Below the pieces are notes generated by a model, which worked only from the letters and a program-made list of their open reading frames with translations, ran no database searches and was not told where the DNA came from. DNA of 63,390 nucleotides, filler included, from Octopus bimaculoides (taxonomy: Eukaryota), in NCBI RefSeq assembly GCF_001194135.2. It is 4 parts of 3 records of this genome, joined end to end, with 100 filler letters (N's around TTAATTAATTAA, not from the genome) between each part and the next. Parts side by side here need not be neighbours in the genome. Positions count along the whole stretch, not along the records: positions 38,954 to 62,101 come from NC_068988.1; 3 more parts are not named here. One strand, written 5' to 3'. This document shows, piece after piece, positions 39,187-52,645 of this stretch; positions within the stretch are counted from its first letter, which is position 1, and each line of letters starts with the position of its first letter. A program made the position numbers and the translations under genes.

Positions 39187-39230
39187 AAAGGCGACTCGAG
39201 TTTCAGGGCTATTTCCCTTCGTCATGGTCC
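39187..39230 (-). ncRNA. Degenerate minimal type I hammerhead (Penelope-type)
   Basis: Minus strand reads ggacc-AUGACGA-AGGG-aaauag-CCCU-GAAA-C-ucga-GUC-gccuuu: 4-bp stem II, palindromic stem III ACUCGAGU and a GUC site. C3 is altered to A and stem I pairs poorly. Confidence 0.5.
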
Positions 39231-39520
39231 GTATGACAGACTAAACATATGTATGTATGTATGTCCGTGTAGACTGTGTGGTAACACTCACCACGAATTA
39301 CTGACATCCTTTTAAGAAATAAGCTAATCAGATATTTTATCGTATCCATTTTACATCCCACGACAACTTACATTCCGTTATCGCAATTATTTCCTGTACA
39401 AATCTTTTTACATTGTATTTTATTAAAATAACAACAACGCTAAGAACAACGATAAAAATTACTAGGAAGAGACAACATTACTAATAGTAAATATGTGGTA
39501 TATAATGACTTGCCTGTGAA

Positions 39521-39893
39521 GGCGCAATGGCCCAGTTGTTAGGGCAGCGGACTCGCGGTCATAGGATCGAGGTTTCGATTCCCAGACCGGGCATTGTGAG
39601 TGTTTATTGAGTGAAAACACCTAAACCTCCACGAGGCTCCGGCAAGGGATGGTGGCGAACCCTGCTGTACTCTTTCACCACAACTTTCTCTTACTTCCTG
39701 TTTCTGTTGTACCTGTATTTCAAAGGGGCCAGTCTTGTTACACTCTGTGTTACGCTGAATATCCCCGAGAACTACTTTAAGGGTACACGTGTCTGTGGAG
39801 TGCTCAGCCACTTGCACGTTAATTTCACGAACAGGCTGTTCCGTTGATCGGATCAACTGGATCCCTCGACGTCGTAAGCGACGGAGTGCCAAC
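39521..39893 (+). mobile_element. tRNA-derived SINE family C, full length (~370 bp)
   Basis: ggcgcaatggcccagttgttagggcagcggactcgcggtcataggatcgaggtttcgattccc head; tail ...cctcgacgtcgtaagcgacggagtgccaac. Highly similar to the copies at 40711 and 53536. Confidence 0.9.
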
Positions 39894-39984
39894 GATGTAT
39901 GTATATATATATGTATGTATGTGCCCCAGTATGGCCACAGCTCATGAGCTGAAACTAGTTAAAATGATAAAATAAAATGAATGT

Positions 39985-40017
<33 letters not shown>

Positions 40018-40037
40018 CTTGTATCCTTGTATATATC

Positions 40038-40054
<17 letters not shown>

Positions 40055-40076
<22 letters not shown>

Positions 40077-40280
40077 CCCCACGGCTTGAGAACCAGTTTT
40101 GGTTCGTATCCGTCCTCATTACCGAACGGTTTGGGAAAGGTATTGATAGAACAAGTACGAAGCGTAGAAACGAATAGCTGAAGGAATTGGGCCGATTTCT
40201 GCTGTTAAACTCACCGAGGTGTTGCCCCAGAATTGCCGCAGCCCAATTACTGAAACTAGAAAAGAATAAAAGACAAAAGA
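40055..40280 (+). mobile_element. SINE family A-related 3' half, diverged
   Basis: cacggcttgagaaccagttttgg...gtgttgccccagaattgccgcagcccaattactgaaactagaaaagaataaaagacaaaag. Confidence 0.6.
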
Positions 40281-40710
40281 TTACGGTTTAAGTTGGTTTA
40301 AGTCTTAGCAAAGAAGGAACCATTTTCATTTATGTTCCAAGTCTTTGAGATTATTAATTTGTCAAAAACTGATACAGACGGATTTATATTTTAAAATAAC
40401 CTTTAAATTTTATTTAATTATAAACTCGTAGATATACAAGGTATTAATAGGGTGGAAATTCGGTAGATTTTAATTAAATTTAAATTAACTGTAAAAGTAT
40501 ATACGATGGAGTGACTTATGTTTTGTGTTTCCAGGATTAATGAGCATAATTATTCTAATTAATTGTGATAAAATTGAAATGTATTGAAACGAAGTACAGA
40601 AGAAAAGAAAAAATATAGCCTTTATAGTCAGGAATAATTGTAGATTATACAAGCTTGTAATTTCTCAAAGTAGAAAACGTTGGACGACAAGCTGTGATGT
40701 ACTGAAATAA

Positions 40711-41079
40711 AGAAGCGCAATGGCCGAGTGGTTAGGGCAGCGGACTCGCGGTCATAGGATCGCGGTTTCGATTCCCAGAACGGGCGTTGTGAGTGTTCAT
40801 TGAGCGAAAGCACCTAAAGCTCCACGAGGATCCGGCAGAGGATGGTGGCGAACCCTGCTGTACTCTTTCACCAGAACTTTCTCTCACTCTTACTTTCTGT
40901 TTCTGTTGTACCTGTATTTCAAAGGGGGCAAGCCTTGTCACATTCTGTGTCACGCAGAATCTCACCGAGATCTACGCTAAGGGTACACATGTCTGTGGAG
41001 TGTTCAGCCACTTGCACGTTGATTTCACATGCAGGCTGTTCCGTTGATGGGATCAACTGGAACCCTCGTCATCGAAACG
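40711..41079 (+). mobile_element. SINE family C with candidate 10-bp TSD (ACTGAAATAA at 40701-10 and 41080-89)
   Basis: Same head and body as the 39521 copy; flanking direct repeat read directly. Confidence 0.9.
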
Positions 41080-43219
41080 ACTGAAATAAGTTGTAGTGAA
41101 GCATAATAAATTTATACCTTTAGAAATAATCTGGACCCTATCAAATGCAACTACCCCACATTTTGGCCAGAAGAGAAGACCGGAGCAACGTGAAATAAAG
41201 TGCCTTATTCAAAGACACAACCCGTCGCCGCGGGGTATCGAACTCGTGGCCTTACGACTGGAAACCGAATACTCCAAACACGCGTATGCAGAGTAGTTTT
41301 TAGAAGAGTTACATAAATGAAAATTTAGTTTTATTGAATTTTTTTTTATTTCAAGGAAATAAACATTTTTTTTTTTTTTGGAAAATTAGTTTGGGTTTCA
41401 ACACTACATAAGAACCAAGAAATTTGATGAAAGTCAAAGAAGAAAATTATTGTAAGTACGCCATATTTCCTGATAATACCCAGGGTGGTAAGTTCACCAT
41501 CATAGAAAAACATATACACAGACACACACGTGTATATGTGTGAGCGTACATATACATACATATATATTTATATACATACATGTGTGTGTGGAGCCGTGCT
41601 CATGGCTGCGCATAAAAATTTCAAATAATTTAGAAATTTAGACATTTATAAGTTCATTTTCTCTTAACGCCATGTCTGTTTTTCAGTTTATATACTCCCC
41701 CTCCCACCTTTTTTATTCACTCTCTCCCGCCTCTTGTTTTAGCATTCTCCTCCTCCACTCTCTCTTCTCTCGTTCTTTCTTTCCTTCTCTCCCTCTCTTA
41801 CTTTTTCCCACCTCCTTTTCCTCCCCTTTTCTCTCTCCTCTACCACACGTATATATGTATTTATGTATGTATGTAAGTCTATATATGAATGTGTGTATAT
41901 GTATATATANNNNNNNNNNNNNNNNNNNNNNNNNNNNNNNNNNNNNNNNNNNNNNNNNNNNNNNNNNNNNNNNNNNNNNNNNNNNNNNNNNNNNNNNNNN
42001 NNNNNNNNNNNNNNNNNNNNNNNNNNNNNNNNNNNNNNNNNNNNNNNNNNNNNNNNNNNNNNNNNNNNNNNNNNNNNNNNNNNNNNNNNNNNNNNNNNNN
42101 NNNNNNNNNNNNNNNNNNNNNNNNNNNNNNNNNNNNNNNNNNNNNNNNNNNNNNNNNNNNNNNNNNNNNNNNNNNNNNNNNNNNNNNNNNNNNNNNNNNN
42201 NNNNNNNNNNNNNNNNNNNNNNNNNNNNNNNNNNNNNNNNNNNNNNNNNNNNNNNNNNNNNNNNNNNNNNNNNNNNNNNNNNNNNNNNNNNNNNNNNNNN
42301 NNNNNNNNNNNNNNNNNNNNNNNNNNNNNNNNNNNNNNNNNNNNNNNNNNNNNNNNNNNNNNNNNNNNNNNNNNNNNNNNNNNNNNNNNNNNNNNNNNNN
42401 NNNNNNNNNNNNNNNNNNNNNNNNNNNNNNNNNNNNNNNNNNNNNNNNNNNNNNNNNNNNNNNNNNNNNNNNNNNNNNNNNNNNNNNNNNNNNNNNNNNN
42501 NNNNNNNNNNNNNNNNNNNNNNNNNNNNNNNNNNNNNNNNNNNNNNNNNNNNNNNNNNNNNNNNNNNNNNNNNNNNNNNNNNNNNNNNNNNNNNNNNNNN
42601 NNNNNNNNNNNNNNNNNNNNNNNNNNNNNNNNNNNNNNNNNNNNNNNNNNNNNNNNNNNNNNNNNNNNNNNNNATATATATATATATATATATATAAATG
42701 CACGCTCGCATTCGCTCACCTTCACAAGGCTAATGCTTCCCTCATTCTCAGAGGAATACAATAATTCTACAGCTGTCTCCCTCCCCCTCTCTTTCTCTCT
42801 AACACACACACACTCTCTCTCTCTCACCTTCACCATTTCTTTCCTACTCATTCATCTCTCTCCCACACACTTACACACCGTCTGTACTGCTCTCACCACC
42901 ACTGTCTTTAATCAAAGTATTTACTTTTTTACTTTAGTAAGACTTAAACTGGTTCACCGTTAACATTTTCCGCTTGTTAGGGACGCTTTTGATGAATCCC
43001 AGGAGGTGTGTCTGGAGGTTTGGGTTTTAATATAGAGGCGCCTGTCTTCCCTGAGGCGCAGGGCTCAACACTCACTCACATGTAGTTGTACTTCCGTTCC
43101 TATATATATATATTATGCACCAATGTAAACTAATATCCTTATATACCATTCTGTTCTCTCCTTCTGTAGTTCTTTCATGTGTATGTATATCTACGTATAT
43201 CCGTACATGCATATTTACA

Positions 43220-43252
<33 letters not shown>

Positions 43253-43873
43253 NNNNNNNNNNNNNNNNNNNNNNNNNNNNNNNNNNNNNNNNNNNNNNNN
43301 NNNNNNNNNNNNNNNNNNNNNNNNNNNNNNNNNNNNNNNNNNNNNNNNNNNNNNNNNNNNNNNNNNNNNNNNNNNNNNNNNNNNNNNNNNNNNNNNNNNN
43401 NNNNNNNNNNNNNNNNNNNNNNNNNNNNNNNNNNNNNNNNNNNNNNNNNNNNNNNNNNNNNNNNNNNNNNNNNNNNNNNNNNNNNNNNNNNNNNNNNNNN
43501 NNNNNNNNNNNNNNNNNNNNNNNNNNNNNNNNNNNNNNNNNNNNNNNNNNNNNNNNNNNNNNNNNNNNNNNNNNNNNNNNNNATATATATATATATATAT
43601 GTATATATATTCACACACAAACGCACATATATAAAGAGATATGCATGCACCCATAGTTATACACACACGCCCAAACATACTTGCATATATACACCTCTAC
43701 GCCCCATACATGCATATGTTTATTAAGAATTTATACATCTATATATCTTTACATCTATGTATATACATATGCATATATATGTGTGTGTGTATGTGTCTGT
43801 GTGCACGCGTATGTGTATATGTGCATGTACATATATATATATACATATATAAGTATATATACATGCATATATT

Positions 43874-44192
43874 CTCTTTTACTCTTTTACTTGTTTCAGT
43901 CATTTGACTGTGGCCATGCTGGAGCACCACCTTTAGTCAAGCAAATCGACCCTAGGACTTATTCTTTGGATGCCTAGTACTTATTCTATCGGTCTCTTTT
44001 GCCTAGCCGCTAAGTTACGCGGACGGAAAGACACCAGCATCGGTTGTCAAGTGATGTTGGGGGGACAAATACAGACACACATATACATATACATATACAT
44101 ATATACGACGGGCTTCTTTCAATTTCCGTCTACCAAGTCCACTCACAAGGCTTTGGTCGGCCCGAGGCAATAGTAGAAGACACTTTCCCAGG
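43874..44192 (-). mobile_element. SINE family A, 5'-truncated
   Basis: ctctttttactcttttacttgtttcagtcatttgactgtggccatgctggagcacc...ggtcggcccgaggcaatagtagaagacac. Confidence 0.9.
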
Positions 44193-44488
44193 CTGCCAGA
44201 TATATATATATATATATATATGTACACACACACATATACACACATTCTCATACATGTGTGTATGCTTATGCCAATATATATATACTTGCACATACACATA
44301 TAGATATATACACATCCGAACATTTACAAAACTGTGTGTATGTATGTACAAAAATTGCCGCCATATATATATATACGCACATACATGCATGCATTCAGCC
44401 TAGTATATACAAGATATCGACTTTAATTTGTATATATAAGTAGCTTATTTGCATGTTATACACACGTTATAGAGAGACGGGTAGATAG

Positions 44489-44519
<31 letters not shown>

Positions 44520-44524
44520 GATAA

Positions 44525-44571
<47 letters not shown>

Positions 44572-44588
44572 CAGACAAATAGATAGAC

Positions 44589-44646
<58 letters not shown>

Positions 44647-44941
44647 AGGTAGACAAGTATTCAGGTAAATAGATAGAGAAATAGATAGGTATATAAAGAG
44701 AAGGAGAGAGGGAGAGAGAGAGATGGGGAGGAGGAGAGAGATTGGTGGGTGAAAGGTACATCTGTGGTGTGTAATGTGCATATATTGAATGCACATGTTT
44801 ATGTACTGTTGGCAGCAAGTATTATTTGCATTTTGTTTTTGAAATAACTTTTCAGTAATAAAATACCATAACAGCTGTTTTGTTAACGAAAAAATCTACA
44901 CCACACTCCAGCTTCCATCTCATTCACACACACACACACGC

Positions 44942-44977
<36 letters not shown>

Positions 44978-45859
44978 NNNNNNNNNNNNNNNNNNNNNNN
45001 NNNNNNNNNNNNNNNNNNNNNNNNNNNNNNNNNNNNNNNNNNNNNNNNNNNNNNNNNNNNNNNNNNNNNNNNNNNNNNNNNNNNNNNNNNNNNNNNNNNN
45101 NNNNNNNNNNNNNNNNNNNNNNNNNNNNNNNNNNNNNNNNNNNNNNNNNNNNNNNNNNNNNNNNNNNNNNNNNNNNNNNNNNNNNNNNNNNNNNNNNNNN
45201 NNNNNNNNNNNNNNNNNNNNNNNNNNNNNNNNNNNNNNNNNNNNNNNNNNNNNNNNNNNNNNNNNNNNNNNNNNNNNNNNNNNNNNNNNNNNNNNNNNNN
45301 NNNNNNNNNNNNNNNNNNNNNNNNNNNNNNNNNNNNNNNNNNNNNNNNNNNNNNNNNNNNNNNNNNNNNNNNNNNNNNNNNNNNNNNNNNNNNNNNNNNN
45401 NNNNNNNNNNNNNNNNNNNNNNNNNNNNNNNNNNNNNNNNNNNNNNNNNNNNNNNNNNNNNNNNNNNNNNNNNNNNNNNNNNNNNNNNNNNNNNNNNNNN
45501 NNNNNNNNNNNNNNNNNNNNNNNNNNNNNNNNNNNNNNNNNNNNNNNNNNNNNNNNNNNNNNNNNNNNNNNNNNNNNNNNNNNNNNNNNNNNNNNNNNNN
45601 NNNNNNNNNNNNNNNNNNNNNNNNNNNNNNNNNNNNNNNNNNNNNNNNNNNNNNNNNNNNNNNNNNNNNNNNNNNNNNNNNNNNNNNNNNNNNNNNNNNN
45701 NNNNNNNNNNNNNNNNNNNNNNNNNNNNNNNNNNNNNNNNNNNNNNNNNNNNNNNNNNNNNNNNNNNNNNNNNNNNNNNNNNNNNNNNNNNNNNNNNNNN
45801 NNNNNNNNNNNNNNNNNNNNNNNNNNNNNNNNNNNNNNNNNNNNNNNNNNNNNNNNNNC

Positions 45860-46290
<431 letters not shown>

Positions 46291-47444
46291 TAAACCGATA
46301 CCAAAGACAGCAATATTCTGACAAATATATATAGTGACTGCCGAGTAAATAATATCCGTAATATAAAATGTATACGCACGGGGGTGTGTGTAATATAGTA
46401 TATTCATGTGTTTGTGTGTGCGTGTGCAAACTGATGCTGTCAATACACAAAGCAGATGTTAGCTTTCTTAAAAATATTTTGGAGTTATTTTTCTACAGAA
46501 TTATTAAAAAAAAAAAAAAACGAAATTACCCACTTCTACGAATAACGTTTTACTGTAAAAAAACNNNNNNNNNNNNNNNNNNNNNNNNNNNNNNNNNNNN
46601 NNNNNNNNNNNNNNNNNNNNNNNNNNNNNNNNNNNNNNNNNNNNNNNNNNNNNNNNNNNNNNNNNNNNNNNNNNNNNNNNNNNNNNNNNNNNNNNNNNNN
46701 NNNNNNNNNNNNNNNNNNNNNNNNNNNNNNNNNNNNNNNNNNNNNNNNNNNNNNNNNNNNNNNNNNNNNNNNNNNNNNNNNNNNNNNNNNNNNNNNNNNN
46801 NNNNNNNNNNNNNNNNNNNNNNNNNNNNNNNNNNNNNNNNNNNNNNNNNNNNNNNNNNNNNNNNNNNNNNNNNNNNNNNNNNNNNNNNNNNNNNNNNNNN
46901 NNNNNNNNNNNNNNNNNNNNNNNNNNNNNNNNNNNNNNNNNNNNNNNNNNNNNNNNNNNNNNNNNNNNNNNNNNNNNNNNNNNNNNNNNNNNNNNNNNNN
47001 NNNNNNNNNNNNNNNNNNNNNNNNNNNNNNNNNNNNNNNNNNNNNNNNNNNNNNNNNNNNNNNNNNNNNNNNNNNNNNNNNNNNNNNNNNNNNNNNNNNN
47101 NNNNNNNNNNNNNNNNNNNNNNNNNNNNNNNNNNNNNNNNNNNNNNNNNNNNNNNNNNNNNNNNNNNNNNNNNNNNNNNNNNNNNNNNNNNNNNNNNNNN
47201 NNNNNNNNNNNNNNNNNNNNNNNNNNNNNNNNNNNNNNNNNNNNNNNNNNNNNNNNNNNNNNNNNNNNNNNNNNNNNNNNNNNNNNNNNNNNNNNNNNNN
47301 NNNNNNNNNNNNNNNNNNNNNNNNNNNNNNNNNNNNNNNNNNNNNNNNNNNNNNNNNNNNNNNNNNNNNNNNNNNNNNNNNNNNNNNNNNNNNNNNNNNN
47401 NNNNNNNNNNNNNNNNNNNNNNNNNNNNNNNNATATATGTATGT

Positions 47445-47690
47445 ATGTATGTGTGTGTATATGTTTTTGTGTCCGTGTTTGTCCCCCCAACATCGCTTGA
47501 CAACCGATGGTGGTGTGTTTACGTCCCCGTAATTTTGCGGTTCGGCAAATGAGATTGATAGCATAAGTACTAGGCTTCCAAAGAATAAGGACCTGGGGTT
47601 GATTTGCTGGACTAAAGGCGGTGCTCCAGCATGGCCGCAGTCAAATGACTGAAACAAGTACAAGAGAGAGAGTAAAGAGAATCCCGAAAT
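47445..47690 (+). mobile_element. SINE family A, 3' half
   Basis: gtttgtccccccaacatcgcttgacaaccgatgg...ggcggtgctccagcatggccgcagtcaaatgactgaaacaagtac. Confidence 0.9.
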
Positions 47691-48334
47691 ACAACAATAT
47701 TTGTTTCAATACGCGATTTCGCATCAGGAATCTTGCAACACAAATTGATAAGTGTAAAAGAATGTAAACATTAATGAGTTTTGTAAAGGAATTTACAGAT
47801 TTTGTACAAGAAACAACGGTCCCGTTTTGCGTTAGTGCAACTATACCTGCATTTTGTTCATTAGATGTGAAACTAAATAAGTTTAGTCTGTACATCATAT
47901 GCGATGTGTCAAAGACAAAAGGAAATAACATCAGTTTTACGATTTATTCATTATTACCACTTGTTAACTCTTTTGGAATGATCCTAAAAGATGCAGCTCA
48001 ACTCTGCTAATCAAAGCCAACTTGTTGTCAATCAATATTACATTCACGCATGTAGATGACATTGATCGACTCTGATGTGAATATCTATTCAATAACAAAA
48101 ATTCACTCTATCCTCGGTGACAAAATTGAAGTTGATGACGAAGTTAACGTTTACGATGACGAAATCGAGATAGACGATATAGCGTAATCGAGATTGTCCA
48201 AAATGGAACAGTCCGTCGATGACGAATTTGAGATTACCATTGATGAAATTGAGGTTTATAATGTCGAGTTCATGTGGGAAATATTGCATTATCTGTAATT
48301 TCCCTAAATAAATCAGGAAGTCGAAACAGATATA

Positions 48335-48475
48335 TTGGGTTGTCTGGGAAGTCCGTGTCGATTTATAAAGGAAAGAAAAAGGCCAATAAATACTTGCCAT
48401 TACATTTTTAATCAACCAAATATGAACCATTTTGTTGCCCAATGCGTCTCCATCTTTCCTTTAACTTTAAAATAC
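48335..48475 (-). mobile_element. Mariner (Mos1-like) element right end, inverted copy, running into a gap
   Basis: TA (48333-34) plus TIR TTGGGTTGTCTGGGAAGTCCGTGTCGATTT; about 7 mismatches in 141 bp against the reverse complement of 56615-56755. Confidence 0.88.
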
Positions 48476-49324
48476 NNNNNNNNNNNNNNNNNNNNNNNNN
48501 NNNNNNNNNNNNNNNNNNNNNNNNNNNNNNNNNNNNNNNNNNNNNNNNNNNNNNNNNNNNNNNNNNNNNNNNNNNNNNNNNNNNNNNNNNNNNNNNNNNN
48601 NNNNNNNNNNNNNNNNNNNNNNNNNNNNNNNNNNNNNNNNNNNNNNNNNNNNNNNNNNNNNNNNNNNNNNNNNNNNNNNNNNNNNNNNNNNNNNNNNNNN
48701 NNNNNNNNNNNNNNNNNNNNNNNNNNNNNNNNNNNNNNNNNNNNNNNNNNNNNNNNNNNNNNNNNNNNNNNNNNNNNNNNNNNNNNNNNNNNNNNNNNNN
48801 NNNNNNNNNNNNNNNNNNNNNNNNNNNNNNNNNNNNNNNNNNNNNNNNNNNNNNNNNNNNNNNNNNNNNNNNNNNNNNNNNNNNNNNNNNNNNNNNNNNN
48901 NNNNNNNNNNNNNNNNNNNNNNNNNNNNNNNNNNNNNNNNNNNNNNNNNNNNNNNNNNNNNNNNNNNNNNNNNNNNNNNNNNNNNNNNNNNNNNNNNNNN
49001 NNNNNNNNNNNNNNNNNNNNNNNNNNNNNNNNNNNNNNNNNNNNNNNNNNNNNNNNNNNNNNNNNNNNNNNNNNNNNNNNNNNNNNNNNNNNNNNNNNNN
49101 NNNNNNNNNNNNNNNNNNNNNNNNNNNNNNNNNNNNNNNNNNNNNNNNNNNNNNNNNNNNNNNNNNNNNNNNNNNNNNNNNNNNNNNNNNNNNNNNNNNN
49201 NNNNNNNNNNNNNNNNNNNNNNNNNNNNNNNNNNNNNNNNNNNNNNNNNNNNNNNNNNNNNNNNNNNNNNNNNNNNNNNNNNNNNNNNNNNNNNNNNNNN
49301 NNNNNNNNNNNNNNNNNNNNNNNN

Positions 49325-49691
49325 CGTGGTGGTGGAGGTGGTGATATGGTGGTGGTGGTGGTAGTGGTGGTGGTGACGGAGGTGGTGATGGTGGTGGTGG
49401 TTATGGTAGTGGTGGTTAGGGCTGTGGTTGCAGTGGTTGTGATGGTTCTGGTGGTAGTTGTCATGGTGGTGGAGATGGGGGGTAATTGTTGTTGGTGATT
49501 GTGGAGATGGTGGTGGTGGATGTGGTGGTAATGGTGGTAGAGCTGAAGTTATTTCTGTTGTTGATGGCGGCGGTGATGGCGATTGTGGTTGTGGTGGTGG
49601 TGGTGGTAGTGGTGAGATGATGATGGCGATGGTGGCTATGCTAATGGTGGTGAAGGCGGATGGTTGTAGCAGCAGCAGCGGTAGCAGCAGT

Positions 49692-49747
<56 letters not shown>

Positions 49748-49957
49748 CAGTAGCAGTGGCGGTGCTGCTGACAGTTGCTGTTGCGGTGCTTGTACTTGTG
49801 GGGGTGGTAGTTTTATCTTGTGGTGGTCGTCATCAGGAGAGCGATGACTGCCACAGAAGTAGCGCTGTTGTTCTGTTCTCAGCGGTGATGGTCACGATAG
49901 CAGTGGTTGCCGTAGCTCTGCAGCTGGTGTTGCTCTTGTTCTTGTAGCTGCTGACGG

Positions 49958-49999
<42 letters not shown>

Positions 50000-50731
50000 G
50001 CACAAATAATAATTTTCCGTGATCGAAACGGTGAGAGTTGGAAGGCGTCATTATTGATCTCTGATCCGGGTGGAATTGATCACCTTGATTGATTCTGTTG
50101 TTTGTTTCGCTTTTTTTTTTTATTGGTCTTCGATCTCATTCTCATGGTTTTATTATCGATGCTGATGATGGCGTCGCTGGTGTTGTTGTTTGCGTTGAGG
50201 TCAACGTGGCCGAGTTGTGATGATGGTGGTGGCGGTGGTGGTGGTGGTGGTGGTGTTGGTGGTCATCGTCGTAACGATGATGGTGGCAGTGGGAGTGGTA
50301 GAGGTTGTTGTGCTGGTGGTGGCTGTGGTTGTGATGATGGTGGTGATGGTGACTGATGGTGCAGCTGTTGTTATTGTTGTTGTTGAGGTGACGATGGTAA
50401 ATAATAATGGCGGTCGTGGCGCCAGTGGTTGTAGTAGATACGACGCCCGCCATGGTGTTGATGTTGTTGATTGTTGTTGTTGTTGGTGGTAGTAGTGGTC
50501 GTGTTAGTGGTGATGACAGCAGTGGTGGTGGTGGTGGTGGTGGAGGTGGTGGTAGTGATGGTGTTAGTGTTAGTGATGGTGATAGTTGTAGTGATGGTAT
50601 GGTAGTCGTAGTCGTGGCAACAGTGGTAGTTGTGGTAGTGGTGGTAGGATATTGTATTTGTGGTGGTGATTGTGTTAGTGGTGGTGGTGATGGTAGTCGC
50701 GTTGGTGTTGGTCGTGTTAGCAGTGGTAGTG

Positions 50732-50762
<31 letters not shown>

Positions 50763-50810
50763 CAGTAGTAGTAGTAGTGTTGATATTAGTGGTGGTGGTG
50801 GCTGCGGCGG
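49325..50810. repeat. ~1.5-kb degenerate (GGT)/(GTA)/(GAT)/(GCA) trinucleotide tract
   Basis: Direct reading; the poly-Val/Gly/Ser ORFs are by-products. Confidence 0.92.
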
Positions 50811-50991
50811 TGGCGTATGCAGATTTTTTTTTGTTATTTTTTTTGTTTTCGGAGGGGGTCTGTCTTTAATCTTATCATCTATGAATGACTGCCGGACTCT
50901 GTTTTAGATTTGTGCGAACAGGTGCGAAGCCTGCCAGTCAATTACGTCTAGATAAACGATGGCTTCAACAGATTGCATATGTATATATGTG

Positions 50992-51062
<71 letters not shown>

Positions 51063-51132
51063 AGGTGTGTAAATATATGTGTATGCATCTATTGTATGTA
51101 AGCAAGTGCGTATGCATATATAACTGCATGTA

Positions 51133-51164
<32 letters not shown>

Positions 51165-51901
51165 CGTATTCATGCATGAACGTCTTTGTGCATGTATTAT
51201 GTATATGTGTATGTATGTATATATGTGTATGTGTGTATATTTGTATGTATGTTAGTATGCATGTATGTATAAATGAATGCATTCATAGATGTGCCTATGT
51301 ATTCATAGGTGAATGCATAAGGGTATGTATCTATACAATTACACGTTGCACATGTATGCACATGTATGAACATGTATGTTTGTATGTTTGTGTCGGATTT
51401 TAAATTTCTCTTCAGAAAAGAAAAATCTGATTTTTCAACACAGAAACAAGATTTTTCGGGAGGAATTTACACAATATGAACCAGGGAGTTATGCAAGCGC
51501 GTAGTCTTGTGTGTGTGTGCGTTTGTGTGTGTATGTGTGTGTGTGTGTGTTTGTGTGTGTATGTGTGTTTGCGTGTGTTTGTGTCTGTGTGTCTGTGTGT
51601 GTTTGTGTGTGTTTGTGTTTGTGTGTTTGTGTATTTATGCGCGTGTGTGTATTTGCCTGTATGTGTGTGTGTATGTGAGTGTTTGAGTGTGTGTGTGTTT
51701 GTGTTTGCGTGTGTGTGTGTGTGTGTGTGTGTGTTGGTGTGTATGTGTGTGAGTGTGTTTGTGTGTGTATGTATGTTTGTGTGTTTGTGTGTGTGTGCGT
51801 GTGTGTTTGTTTCAATGTAAAGTCAATTTCGATCTGCCATCTACTCTCTACTCGGTAGCAAAGTTGTAAAGGAAAGTATAATATTCTCTTCGCCATTCTT
51901 T

Positions 51902-52200
51902 AAATCTTGAAGTCTTGCAGACTCTTCTTAGTTCCAGACATTGGAATCATTTGTATTTTACAAGCTTAGGAGTTGGCTTGTCTATCCAAGAACCCAACTC
52001 CAACCATGTTTGCTTCAACGAAGCTAAAATTATATGTTAGGAACTGGGTTTGCAAAAGGACCGGATCAATTTCCTATTGATGCCCTCTTTCTCCTGATTG
52101 TTTTCTAATCTCACTGGTGTCCAGAGGGCTGCTGATATTCCACAAGAGAACATATCTTTTCCTTATGGTCCCATACAACAATAGCTGGCCGGTTGGGCTT
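51902..52200 (-). pseudogene. Restriction-like endonuclease (PD-(D/E)xK) C-terminus of an R2-group (R4/NeSL-like) non-LTR element
   Basis: Reads KPNRPAIVVWDHKEKICSLVE, (frameshift) ISSPLDTS...LQTQFLTYNFSFVE...VG, and ends SGT..VCKT. This matches the pattern NRPDIVVWD...C..IEVSCP.D...L...Y..Y.F.F.PII.GALG...SGT.KI.K. The catalytic D appears as A. Confidence 0.72.
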
Positions 52201-52227
52201 TTATTGGTGGCTATTTTAAATTTTATA

Positions 52228-52430
52228 CTCTCTTTTTACTCTTTTACTTGTTTCAGTTATTTGACTGCGGCCATGCTGAAGCACCACCTTTAGTCGAGCA
52301 AAGCGACCCCAGGATATATTTTTTAGAAGCCTAGTACTTATTCTACCGATCTCTTTTGCCGAACCGCTAAGTTACGGGGACGTAAACACACCACCATTGA
52401 TTGTCAGGTGATGTTGGGAGGACAAACACA

Positions 52431-52477
<47 letters not shown>

Positions 52478-52645
52478 GCATATATATACGACAGGCTTCT
52501 TTCAGCTACCGTCTACCAAATCCGCTCACAAGGCTTTGGTCGGCCCGAGGCTATAGTAGAAGACACTTGTCCAAGGTGCCACGCAGTGGGACTGAACCCG
52601 GAACCATGTGGTTGGTAAGCATCTACTTACCACACCACCACTCCT
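52228..52645 (-). mobile_element. SINE family A, full length
   Basis: All modules present in reverse complement: tail, central (CA)n, CORE-like region and head (gtgccacgcagtgggactgaacccggaaccatgtggttggtaagc). Confidence 0.93.

Noticed and set aside
49458-50907. Gly/Ser/Val-rich ORFs
   Set aside because: Degenerate (GGT)/(GTA) microsatellite; no splice or homology support.
50908-50980. Possible plus-strand exon FVRTGAKPASQLRLDKRWLQQIAY
   Set aside because: The acceptor is plausible, but the donor falls in an (AT)n run and no homology was recognised.
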